Below are positions 8,002 through 15,908 of a stretch of 31,961 nt of DNA, piece after piece (positions within the stretch are counted from its first letter, which is position 1; the number at the start of each line of letters is the position of its first letter). Location of the stretch: positions 1 to 31,961 of the IMG/VR virus record IMGVR_UViG_3300022923_002484. One strand, 5' to 3'. The translations under genes and the position numbers were made by a program. Source of the DNA: a virus. Taxonomy: Duplodnaviria; Caudoviricetes. The notes beneath the pieces were generated by a model. The model was not told the DNA's origin and did not search any database. It worked only from the letters and a program-made list of their open reading frames with translations.

Positions 8002-9684
8002 CTATTTTTTCGCCTGCACCATAATTTCGCAGTCGCAGTTGTGGTGCAGCGGTGGCGAGCCTGACCAGCCGTTTGGGTAAGTGGTGCCGTTGAGTGGATC
8101 ACACTCGGGGCAGTCGCCGCCAGACCAAACTAGGTCGTGAGTCTTGAGGTCGGTGGTGGCTAGGAGGTCGGCGAAGTCGATCTGGGCTTGGGCTTGGCGG
8201 GCGTTGAAGGATACCGTCGATTCGGAAGCCGAATCAACAGCCGTGGGAAGGTCGGAAGGTGTTAAAGTGGGAAGGTGGCAGGAACAGTTGCCCTTGGCTG
8301 ATGCAGGTGGCAATGACGGAGCATTGCCCTCCACTGAAGGTGCCGATACGGAGATCGGCGCTCCCGGGGTAGAAGAGACCTGAGAGCTGAGGCCTGAAAC
8401 TTGAGATGCTTGAAACAGGTCTTCTTTTGGTCCGGGGGCTGGGACTTTGTGGCGGTCGTAGAGCCATTGCTTGCTGACGGGCAGACCCATGTCTTGAAAC
8501 AGGAGCTTGTCGCGTTCGACCATTTTTTGGTCTTTCTCTGGACGCGCGAGTTCGACTTCGAGGAACGGTAGTTCGTCGGCGTTGCCCCAATTCAACTCGA
8601 TCATGCTGGGGATGAGTTGATTGTTGATGACGTCGATCACGTATGCGGCGTAGTTCTCGTAGAGGTCGAGCTCGACTTCGCGGTGGACGTTGCCAAGGGC
8701 ATAGGAGCCACTGTTGCCCTCTTCACTGGTCAGGGTCTGGCCGAGGAAGAGTAGATCGCAGGAGCGGTCGGCGATGGCCATGAGACGCTCGGTCGGCTCG
8801 GATTTACCCGCGACGCCTGGTGTGCTGCCGTTGAGGATTTGTAGATCTGTACCTTGTGGGAAGGCGCCCCATGCGGCGGTGCCCATGTTGCGTAGCATAT
8901 CAGAGACTTGATCAATTTGCGTTTGCGGTGCGGCGGGATCGTAAGTGGCCCAGCGGATCGGGAGGCCGAAGAGTTCGGCCTTATGCGTCATCCACTCCCA
9001 GCCGAGCATGCGGCCGAGCCAGAGGTGTGCGAGGGCACGTAGTTGCGCAGTCTCAGCGATGTGGCCGGACTTGGCGCGGTAGACGCCAACGAGGAATTTA
9101 TGCGGGTATTTTTCAAACTGCTTTGGATTAGATTTATCCCGATCAGGGAACAGACGCAGGGCAGAGGAGTTTGAATGTGGGAAGGTTTGAAGGTGGGAAG
9201 GTGTTTCGAAACCTAAGCAGGTCCAGGGGACGCGGCGGGTGCCGGCGGGGACGTATTTACCGTGTTCAATCGTCCAATCGATTTCGAGCACCGAGATGCC
9301 ACGGGCGACGGCGTCGAGCAGTTCGTAGATGGTGGCTTGGAAGTTGTGTTGGCCTTCCCAAGTGGCGGCTTTTTGATTGTGCAGCGCGTGTTCGACGAAG
9401 GCGGCTTTTTCGAGGGCGGCGGCTGACGGCTCTCTGCCCTTCTCGGTCCAGGGCTGGAGGTTGAACGGTAGCTTGGCAACGGCCTTCTTAATCTTGTTGA
9501 GATTGGAGCGGAGGCGATCCCACGTGTCCTCCATGGTGTTGAACAGCTCATTCTGGAGCATGAGATTGCCGCGGCCGCCTTCGTCGAGCACCCAGCCGAG
9601 GGTCTCGGGATCGAAGTCGATCGGGATCGGCGACAATTGATTGTCGCGGACGTGCGGGCGGATGATGGTGCGTTGGACTCCCAT
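8002..9684 (-). CDS. Mu gp29-like portal protein (DUF935) with a C-terminal MuF/SPP1-gp7-like Cys/His motif
   Basis: Motifs LLDAVARGISVLEIDW, AELFGLP, LGQTLTS and GSYALGNVHREV; C-terminus CPEC..LNG...PPLHHNCDC. Confidence 0.92.
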   Translation of the reverse strand: MGVQRTIIRPHVRDNQLSPIPIDFDPETLGWVLDEGGRGNLMLQNELFNTMEDTWDRLRSNLNKIKKAVAKLPFNLQPWTEKGREPSAAALEKAAFVEHALHNQKAATWEGQHNFQATIYELLDAVARGISVLEIDWTIEHGKYVPAGTRRVPWTCLGFETPSHLQTFPHSNSSALRLFPDRDKSNPKQFEKYPHKFLVGVYRAKSGHIAETAQLRALAHLWLGRMLGWEWMTHKAELFGLPIRWATYDPAAPQTQIDQVSDMLRNMGTAAWGAFPQGTDLQILNGSTPGVAGKSEPTERLMAIADRSCDLLFLGQTLTSEEGNSGSYALGNVHREVELDLYENYAAYVIDVINNQLIPSMIELNWGNADELPFLEVELARPEKDQKMVERDKLLFQDMGLPVSKQWLYDRHKVPAPGPKEDLFQASQVSGLSSQVSSTPGAPISVSAPSVEGNAPSLPPASAKGNCSCHLPTLTPSDLPTAVDSASESTVSFNARQAQAQIDFADLLATTDLKTHDLVWSGGDCPECDPLNGTTYPNGWSGSPPLHHNCDCEIMVQAKK

Positions 9685-9720
9685 AGAGGGAGAGGATCAC
9701 GCAGAGACGCGAAGGCGCAA

Positions 9721-9742
9721 AGGGCCTAGTTTAACTGGGTTT
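9721..9742 (-). promoter_or_regulatory. Putative late-gene promoter/activator site upstream of the portal gene
   Basis: AGGGC-N5-TTAACTGGGTTT, with the same spacing as 5981-6002. Confidence 0.5.
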
Positions 9743-9744
9743 CA

Positions 9745-11766
9745 CTATTCAGGCTTCCTGACGCGAATGAACTTTTTCGTGTCGGAAGCATCGAGCGAAT
9801 GACTGACTGTATCCACCGTAGTCCAGCTAGAGAGATCTTCGGATTCTTCGATGATGAAATCCACTGATAATGTATTACCACCGCTAGGAGTCAGGCTGAT
9901 CCCTCCTAAGCTCAGTCCATGTCTCTGCGCATCGGTGAGCACACCTGGTAGCTCTGCTGCTGCTTGTTGAAATGCTGCTAAAGCAGCAGAAGAGTTTACG
10001 GTTGGATCGAACCCGAAAATGGAGTAACGAACTTCAATCCCATCCATGATACTATCTTTGTCTGAATCAACATCCAGAGGATCCGATCCGTAAATATTTT
10101 GCTCTTCTTGGTCTGTTAGCCCATCACCGTCGCTGTCCATCAATGAAACTAATTGGTAAACTCGCACTACTCCCCGATCATAAAGGCCATTGGCGTCCCC
10201 GTACTCCTCTGGAATTACTATTTTATTACCATCACCGCTTAACTCAATCTCCCCCCCCGCCATCGATCGTATTTTTTGACCAGTAAGTTGCCACTCGGTT
10301 TCCGATTCTTTGTAAACATTAACAAAGTCTCTACCTCCAATTGCAACCTTACTACCATCCCCCAATAAGTCCACATTGAAGGCCAAGTCTCCTTCATCTC
10401 CAAAAATAGACTGTTTTACCTGTGACCATAATCCACCATTGTATTCATATATTGCCACTTTTCCGGAAAATGAACCATTGAAGTCGTGATTACGAGACCC
10501 GGTGGCAATTCTAGTCCCATTATCGTTTAAAGATACTGTTTGTAGCTGCTCACTGGCGGAGCCTACTATACTGGCTCCTAGCTGTGATAAGCTATTATTG
10601 TCGATCTGGAATATTTTAATTCTACCGTCACCAGAATTATATTGAGGGGCACCCGCGGCAACCACATTTCCATTACCACTAATAGACACCCAATAACCTA
10701 ACTGTTCTGATGACTGATCACCTGTTATAGTATTATCAATTAATTCCCATTCTTGACCATTGTAATCATACACGCTCAAGCTACCGCTCCTCCAATACGA
10801 ACCAACAACTAGTCTTGTTCCATCGTCGTTCAAATCGATAGAATAACCTGTTCTAGCACCAGAGGAAGAACCGTCGATATCGTTACCTATCTGCTGCCAT
10901 TCAGTTCCGTCAAATTGAAAGATGCGCACATGTCCTGAACCAGAACCTCCGCCATCGTTAAATGTTGCTCCAATAGCAACGATATTCCCATCAGCACTAA
11001 GTGCAACGCTTGCTCCGCTATGGTCACCCTCATTTTCTCCGACAATATCGCTGCCAGCCTGCGCCCAGGAACCGTCATTGTAGTCAAAGACTCTGACATG
11101 CCCAGAAGTTGGTCCATTGCCATCATTCATTACAGCGCCAACTGCAATTCTGTTACCATTAGAACTTGTCGATATAGAACTGCCAAATCTATCGCCAGCG
11201 AACTCGCCATAAATATCACTACCCAACTGGAGCCAGATCTCAGGATCAATTTGGTTTGGATTCGTATTAGACAATCCTTCCAATGATAGGATAATTCCAT
11301 CACCGTCCGTATCGCTATTCAGATCAATCATGTGCGTATAAGTTGGCAAATTTCCCGCATCGATTTGCTCACCATCGGGAGTGCCATCGTAATCGAGATC
11401 CCATGAAGCATCGTAAGTTACGAAAGTTCCCGTGGATCCATCTCCATAAGTAACTGTTCCAGAAGATGGAGTAACATAGGTATAAAGAGTAGTATCAGAA
11501 GGTTCACCAGGAAAAGTAGCAGTTAATCGGGCAGTATTGCTATCCCCAGTAGCAGCATCCCAAGAATACTCGACATCTGTGCGTTCTTCAAAATCTAGAA
11601 ATGCTAAAAGGGAGTCGGTTTTGTAGTAGTCGTATTCAACCCCATAATCTGGGGCGGGGTCACCATCCCAGTATGCTACCCGAATTGTCCCAGTAACTGT
11701 CGAGGGAGCTTGTCCATACAAAGACAAAATGGATATGAGGGCGACGAAATAGATCCAAAATCTCAT
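9745..11766 (-). CDS. Secreted FG-GAP-like repeat beta-propeller protein with DxDxDG Ca-binding repeats (moron)
   Basis: Signal peptide; repeats W.Q.G.DI.G....D.FG.S.S.S..G..VA.GA; DSDGDGLTD repeats; C-terminal SEDLSSW...KFIRV tail. Confidence 0.88.
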   Translation of the reverse strand: MRFWIYFVALISILSLYGQAPSTVTGTIRVAYWDGDPAPDYGVEYDYYKTDSLLAFLDFEERTDVEYSWDAATGDSNTARLTATFPGEPSDTTLYTYVTPSSGTVTYGDGSTGTFVTYDASWDLDYDGTPDGEQIDAGNLPTYTHMIDLNSDTDGDGIILSLEGLSNTNPNQIDPEIWLQLGSDIYGEFAGDRFGSSISTSSNGNRIAVGAVMNDGNGPTSGHVRVFDYNDGSWAQAGSDIVGENEGDHSGASVALSADGNIVAIGATFNDGGGSGSGHVRIFQFDGTEWQQIGNDIDGSSSGARTGYSIDLNDDGTRLVVGSYWRSGSLSVYDYNGQEWELIDNTITGDQSSEQLGYWVSISGNGNVVAAGAPQYNSGDGRIKIFQIDNNSLSQLGASIVGSASEQLQTVSLNDNGTRIATGSRNHDFNGSFSGKVAIYEYNGGLWSQVKQSIFGDEGDLAFNVDLLGDGSKVAIGGRDFVNVYKESETEWQLTGQKIRSMAGGEIELSGDGNKIVIPEEYGDANGLYDRGVVRVYQLVSLMDSDGDGLTDQEEQNIYGSDPLDVDSDKDSIMDGIEVRYSIFGFDPTVNSSAALAAFQQAAAELPGVLTDAQRHGLSLGGISLTPSGGNTLSVDFIIEESEDLSSWTTVDTVSHSLDASDTKKFIRVRKPE

Positions 11767-11833
11767 AGCCTTGCACGTTAGCTATACGTGCCTGTCTTAC
11801 GCAAGTATTGATTAGCAAAAATCTGCCTGAGCT

Positions 11834-13177
11834 CTATCGCCAAGCCTGCGCGAACTTCGTCCGCATAGGTCGATGCCGCCGGCGGTTCTGACCTACGCGG
11901 GCGGGGGCTTGCTCTGAGAGGCCCATCCCCTCAGGGATCTTTTCGGCGGCGTGCATGGCGAGCGCTAAGGCAGTGGCGCGGTCGGCGTGGCCATCTTTGG
12001 TGCGGGCGGCGATGAATTTGACCAGGCCCTGCGGGGTAACGATGCGCTGGATACTAGCAAGATCGTCTCGCAGCTTGGGATGATTCGGAATGCGCACCGT
12101 CTGACTTTGGAAGGCTTTCTTGGCGCGGCTGAACAGTTCGCGCTTGCGATCGTTGGTGAAGTTGACGGCGTCGAGCTTGTAGTCCCCTAGCCGCTTGGCT
12201 AAATGTTCGGAGATCGGGCCGCCCATGCCGGTCGAATCGATCGCGATGTAACGGGCGCGAGCGACACGTTCGGCGAGGATCGCTTCTTGTTCTGGGAACG
12301 GCGTGTTCTCGAGGACGAGGATTTCGCGAGTCCATAGCACGCCATCTACTCGTTCCAAAGTCCAAGCGACGGTGAGGTCTTTGCGGCGGCCAATGTCGAT
12401 GCCGACAAATAGCGGATTGGGTGTGCGCGATTCGTAAGGACCGAAGGACGCTGCGGGATCTTCGACGGTGCGGATGAGTTCGATGGGAAACACCTGGGCG
12501 GCGTGCTCCATGAACGCGCATTCAAACTCCTGGGCCCAGCCATCAGGGTCAGCGAGGTTGGTCTTGAGTTCGTCAATGTCGAGGCCGAGGCCCTGTTCGA
12601 CGGCGTCGTACACGCTGGTTTTGTGGCGTTTGAAGTCACTGCCTTCGTTCCACAGTTCGTAGAACTTGTTGTTCATGCCCGCAGGCGTCGAGATCACACG
12701 CAGCTTTAGCTGACCGCGCAGTGGATTAGTGATGATCGGATAGACGGCGCGCCAGATATCTTCGGGGTTTTCATGGAAGGCAAACTCGTCGAGCACGAGG
12801 TTGGCCGAATAGCCCCGAGCGGTGGATGAGTTGGCCGGCAGTGCCAGGATGCGGGCATTATTGGGGAAACGAATTTGTGAGGCTTTGGTTTCTGGCAGGT
12901 ATGGGTTGCCCGTCTTTTGCTCGATGGCATCGGCGAAGATTTGCGCGACGCGGTGGACTTTTTCCATAAATTCCAGCGCTTGCCGCTCGCCTGCAGACAG
13001 GATGATCCAATCGGAGCCAGAGGCGATGGCGTCGGCGACCACTTCGAAGGCTGCCGCGAGTGAGCCGCCGATTTGGCGCGATTTGAGCCAGATTTTAAAA
13101 CGCGATTGATCCAGTACCCACTCGCGTTGATACGGCAGGAGCAGGTCGAAGGGAGATGGGGCGGATGGCGAAGCCAT
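11834..13177 (-). CDS. terL: Terminase large subunit (Mu gp28-like)
   Basis: LLPYQ, KSRQIG (Walker A), LVLDEFAF (Walker B), ISTP, nuclease GIDIG and HADRA motifs. Confidence 0.95.
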   Translation of the reverse strand: MASPSAPSPFDLLLPYQREWVLDQSRFKIWLKSRQIGGSLAAAFEVVADAIASGSDWIILSAGERQALEFMEKVHRVAQIFADAIEQKTGNPYLPETKASQIRFPNNARILALPANSSTARGYSANLVLDEFAFHENPEDIWRAVYPIITNPLRGQLKLRVISTPAGMNNKFYELWNEGSDFKRHKTSVYDAVEQGLGLDIDELKTNLADPDGWAQEFECAFMEHAAQVFPIELIRTVEDPAASFGPYESRTPNPLFVGIDIGRRKDLTVAWTLERVDGVLWTREILVLENTPFPEQEAILAERVARARYIAIDSTGMGGPISEHLAKRLGDYKLDAVNFTNDRKRELFSRAKKAFQSQTVRIPNHPKLRDDLASIQRIVTPQGLVKFIAARTKDGHADRATALALAMHAAEKIPEGMGLSEQAPARVGQNRRRHRPMRTKFAQAWR

Positions 13178-13215
13178 GTGGGAAAGTGGGAAGGTGGGAA
13201 AGTGTCTTACTCAGC

Positions 13216-13305
13216 TGCGGACGACGCGGAGGTCATCCCTCCCTTGCGGTGGCAACGACGGAGCGTTGCCCTCCAGCTGCGTACGACACGGAGGTCATCC
13301 CTCCC
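13216..13305 (-). repeat. Composite REP cluster A-B-A between terS and terL
   Basis: Family A at 13216-13243, family B (GGAG-GGCAACG-CTCCGT-CGTTGCC) at 13248-13274, family A variant at 13278-13305. Confidence 0.85.
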
Positions 13306-13314
13306 GAGGAAGAA

Positions 13315-13803
13315 TTATTTGGCGGGAGGATCGGGGGCGGCGCCTAGGCGTTGGCGCCAGTCGGCCATAATCTGTTTTTCATCCATTGCGTGCACGTTGA
13401 CGTTGTTCTGAACCAGTGTTTGTGGCTTCTCGGCAAAGACATCCGGCTTGAGGCTCTTGAGCATGAAGATCAGGCAGGCATCGGAGTAGCGGCGTTTGTC
13501 ACCGCAGTGGTTGCCTTTGATATCGAACACAGGTTCTTCCCAGCCATCGACACCGCGGCGATGGAGTTCGGCTTCGGCCGATTCGATGCGCTTGGCATTG
13601 CGCACCTTGTCGCGTTGCATCTGGGCATCTTTGAACCGGTGCCCCAGCTCAGGGCGCTTGGTCAGCTCAAGGTAAAACATTGACTTCCCGATGCCCTCTT
13701 TTTCGATCGCGGGATGGGTATCGTTGCCTTGTATCACATTTACCACTACACGATCGAACAGCGCTTGGGAGAACTTACGCTTGGTGGCGAGGACGGAAGT
13801 CAT
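13315..13803 (-). CDS. terS: Putative terminase small subunit
   Basis: 162 aa directly upstream of terL; N-terminal HTH-like segment; EAELHRRGVDGWEEPVF...RRYSDACLIFMLK pattern of TerS-like proteins. Confidence 0.7.
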   Translation of the reverse strand: MTSVLATKRKFSQALFDRVVVNVIQGNDTHPAIEKEGIGKSMFYLELTKRPELGHRFKDAQMQRDKVRNAKRIESAEAELHRRGVDGWEEPVFDIKGNHCGDKRRYSDACLIFMLKSLKPDVFAEKPQTLVQNNVNVHAMDEKQIMADWRQRLGAAPDPPAK

Positions 13804-14712
13804 TTTTTAAGTGGGAAAGTGGAAAGGTTTGAAAGTAGAAAGGTGAACTTAGGAAGTCTCCTGCTTTCGTTTGGCTGAGGGCAATGGATTGGCTTCACTG
13901 GGAGTGACTGCGTTTCACGATATAGGCGCGGGGGTGGACGGAGCGGACAGCTAAAAAACGCGTGTAGAGGGGTGAGCACGCTAGTGAGAGTGGTAGTGAT
14001 GGTGGGGAGTGCTTACTGTGACAGGGATAGGCCTATCGTGGCCTTGGAGCGATCTATGCTCTGAATGTTTTTGACGCCTCTATGATAGAGACCTGATGAG
14101 GGAGAGCTGAAACTTGAGGAACTGCGGGGGCTAGGCGTATTTAGAGTGGGAATAGTGGGAAGGTCTGATGGTGGAAATGTGTGAAGGTGAGCTGTGCGGA
14201 ATGAGTGAGCTGGCGAATCGGCTTTTGCGCCCGTAGGGCTGGCTGGGCGCGGAGCGCCCTCTCCTGCGCTGAGTATGCCCGTCTGCGGGCAACGCGGAGC
14301 GGGCGACAGCGCGGGGCCAGCCGCGCAGGCGGCTGGGGGTAGCCCCCTATTTATAAAGGGGGCGCCTGGCAGGAACGGAAACGGCGATGGGAGGAACGAC
14401 CTTGAGCGGGCCGCGCGTATGCATGCGATACGGGGCGCAATCAAATGTAGACCAGATCGGGCGGGGGCGGGGAAACCGACCATAGCTCCCGAGCGCAGCG
14501 AGACGACCGTAGGGAGTGAAGGGGCGTAGCGATGGATTGGTTGCGATGGATTGGTAGCGCCGGGCGTGGCGGCGCAAGGGGTCGCGCTCGGGGGAGATGC
14601 AGCGACACTATGTCTATTATGTCTTCTAAGAGAAGCGTCTGCTAGGTATACGACGCAGTATTAGGCATAATGCGATATAGTGCGCAAAGCTCGGATCTGG
14701 AGCGCGTTGGAG

Positions 14713-14965
14713 CATTGCAGAGTGTCTGGAGCTGATCATCCACAGGAGCACCCAGCGACTGATAGGATGTACAGCGGAAGACGCGGAGTAGTTCCATTGC
14801 AGAGTGCTGGAGCAGTGTATCCGAGGGAGCATCTAGCGACCATAAGGATAGTCTGCGCAGGACACGGAGGGATTGTCGCATTGCAGAGTGTCTGGAGCAG
14901 TGTATCCGAGGGAGCATTCAGCGACCATAAGGATAATCTGCGCAGGACACGGAGGTGTATTCCAG
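14713..14965. repeat. Tandem array of three ~83-bp units plus a partial fourth (~14982-15005)
   Basis: Units begin CATTGCAGAGTG(T)CTGGAGC at 14713, 14795 and 14879; units 2 and 3 are nearly identical and unit 1 is diverged. Confidence 0.85.
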
Positions 14966-15400
14966 GGCGAGGAAGATGTCTAATTGCAAGTATCTGTAGC
15001 TGATCGCGACTGTCCCAGCGAATGAACGGGCGTAGCCGTTGACCAGAAGGAAACGGCGTGCGAGGTACGAGCTAAGACGTTGACTGGCGGGAAGCGGCGC
15101 AAGCGTAAGTGAAGCAGCCGGGACAGTCGTGTGCAGCGGGTGACGTGCAGGTGCTTGCGCTTTGGAGAGCGAAGCGGACGTAGCGCGACAGCGCGACAGC
15201 GCGGAGATGGCCGAAGGCCTGAGCGAAGCGAAGGGAGGAGTGCCAGGTGCCCACTTGTGGGCGGCACGACGAACAACCGGCAGGGCGCTGCTGGCGGGGG
15301 ATCTGCTTTTGCTGATCGCATGACAGCTATAGCCCGGACGGTGGAGCGAAGGGATTGACCAAACGAGCGCAGCGAGTGCGGGGGTTGATGCGGAGACTGA

Positions 15401-15528
15401 TGCGGACGACGCGGAGGTCATCCCTCCCCTGGTGTGGTGGCAACGACGGAGCGTTGCCCCCCTGGTGTGGTGGCAACGACGGAGCGTTGCCCTCCAGGTG
15501 GGGTGGCAACGACGGAGCGTTGCCCTCC
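15401..15528 (-). repeat. REP cluster: one family A plus three family B copies at a 33-bp period
   Basis: Family B starts at 15436, 15469 and 15502. Confidence 0.9.
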
Positions 15529-15536
15529 ACTGGTTT

Positions 15537-15740
15537 CTAGATGGTGAATGTTTTGGCGTCGAGCGTTCGGCGCCAGTCGGGGTGAGCATATAACCAATCG
15601 AGGGCGTCTTCGACAGTCGCGCGGTAGCCCGGCATTTTGAAGCCCGCCTTCTTCATGAGGTAGACATAGTTGGGGTGGCGATTGAGTCTCCAGGCGAGTT
15701 CTTTGATGGAGAGGAGCTGGGTGTCGTTGTGTTTGAGCAT
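15537..15740 (-). CDS. Small HTH DNA-binding protein
   Basis: 67 aa, LLSIKELAWRLNRHPNYVYLMKKAG helix-turn-helix pattern. Confidence 0.65.
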   Translation of the reverse strand: MLKHNDTQLLSIKELAWRLNRHPNYVYLMKKAGFKMPGYRATVEDALDWLYAHPDWRRTLDAKTFTI

Positions 15741-15797
15741 GGTATGTTTGGTGGTTATTGGTGGTTGGTTGGGTGGTTAAATGGGTAGTGGTTTCAA

Positions 15798-15882
15798 GTA
15801 GTATCAGTATCACCCCCTTAAAGGGGGGTGATACCTGATACTTGTCTCAGTTGGTATCAGTTGGTATCAGGGGTGATACTAG
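15798..15882. promoter_or_regulatory. Putative replication origin (inverted repeat plus GTATCA iterons)
   Basis: GTATCAGTATCACCCCCT / AGGGGGGTGATACCTGATAC near-perfect inverted repeat; seven GTATCA/TGATAC hexamers; immediately downstream of the helicase gene. Confidence 0.65.
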
Positions 15883-15908
15883 TTCTGTGTTGGTGGTAAA
15901 AAGGTGGT

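Noticed and set aside
7105-8116. Diversity-generating retroelement TR/VR pair
   Set aside because: The mismatches are not adenine-specific, many are synonymous, and no reverse transcriptase gene is in the window.
8002-8160. Active MuF polymorphic toxin-immunity pair
   Set aside because: Only 8 residues follow the MuF-like motif, so there is no toxin domain, and the downstream gene is an exported protein rather than a typical immunity protein.
3298-13803. Transposable Mu-like prophage
   Set aside because: The head genes are Mu-like, but no MuA/MuB is present; the primase-helicase-ori block and ssrA att fragment indicate another lifestyle.
14013-15589. ORFs of 156, 223, 113, 107 and 91 aa in the non-coding block
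   Set aside because: They are low-complexity translations of repeats, overlap in several frames and have no recognisable motifs.
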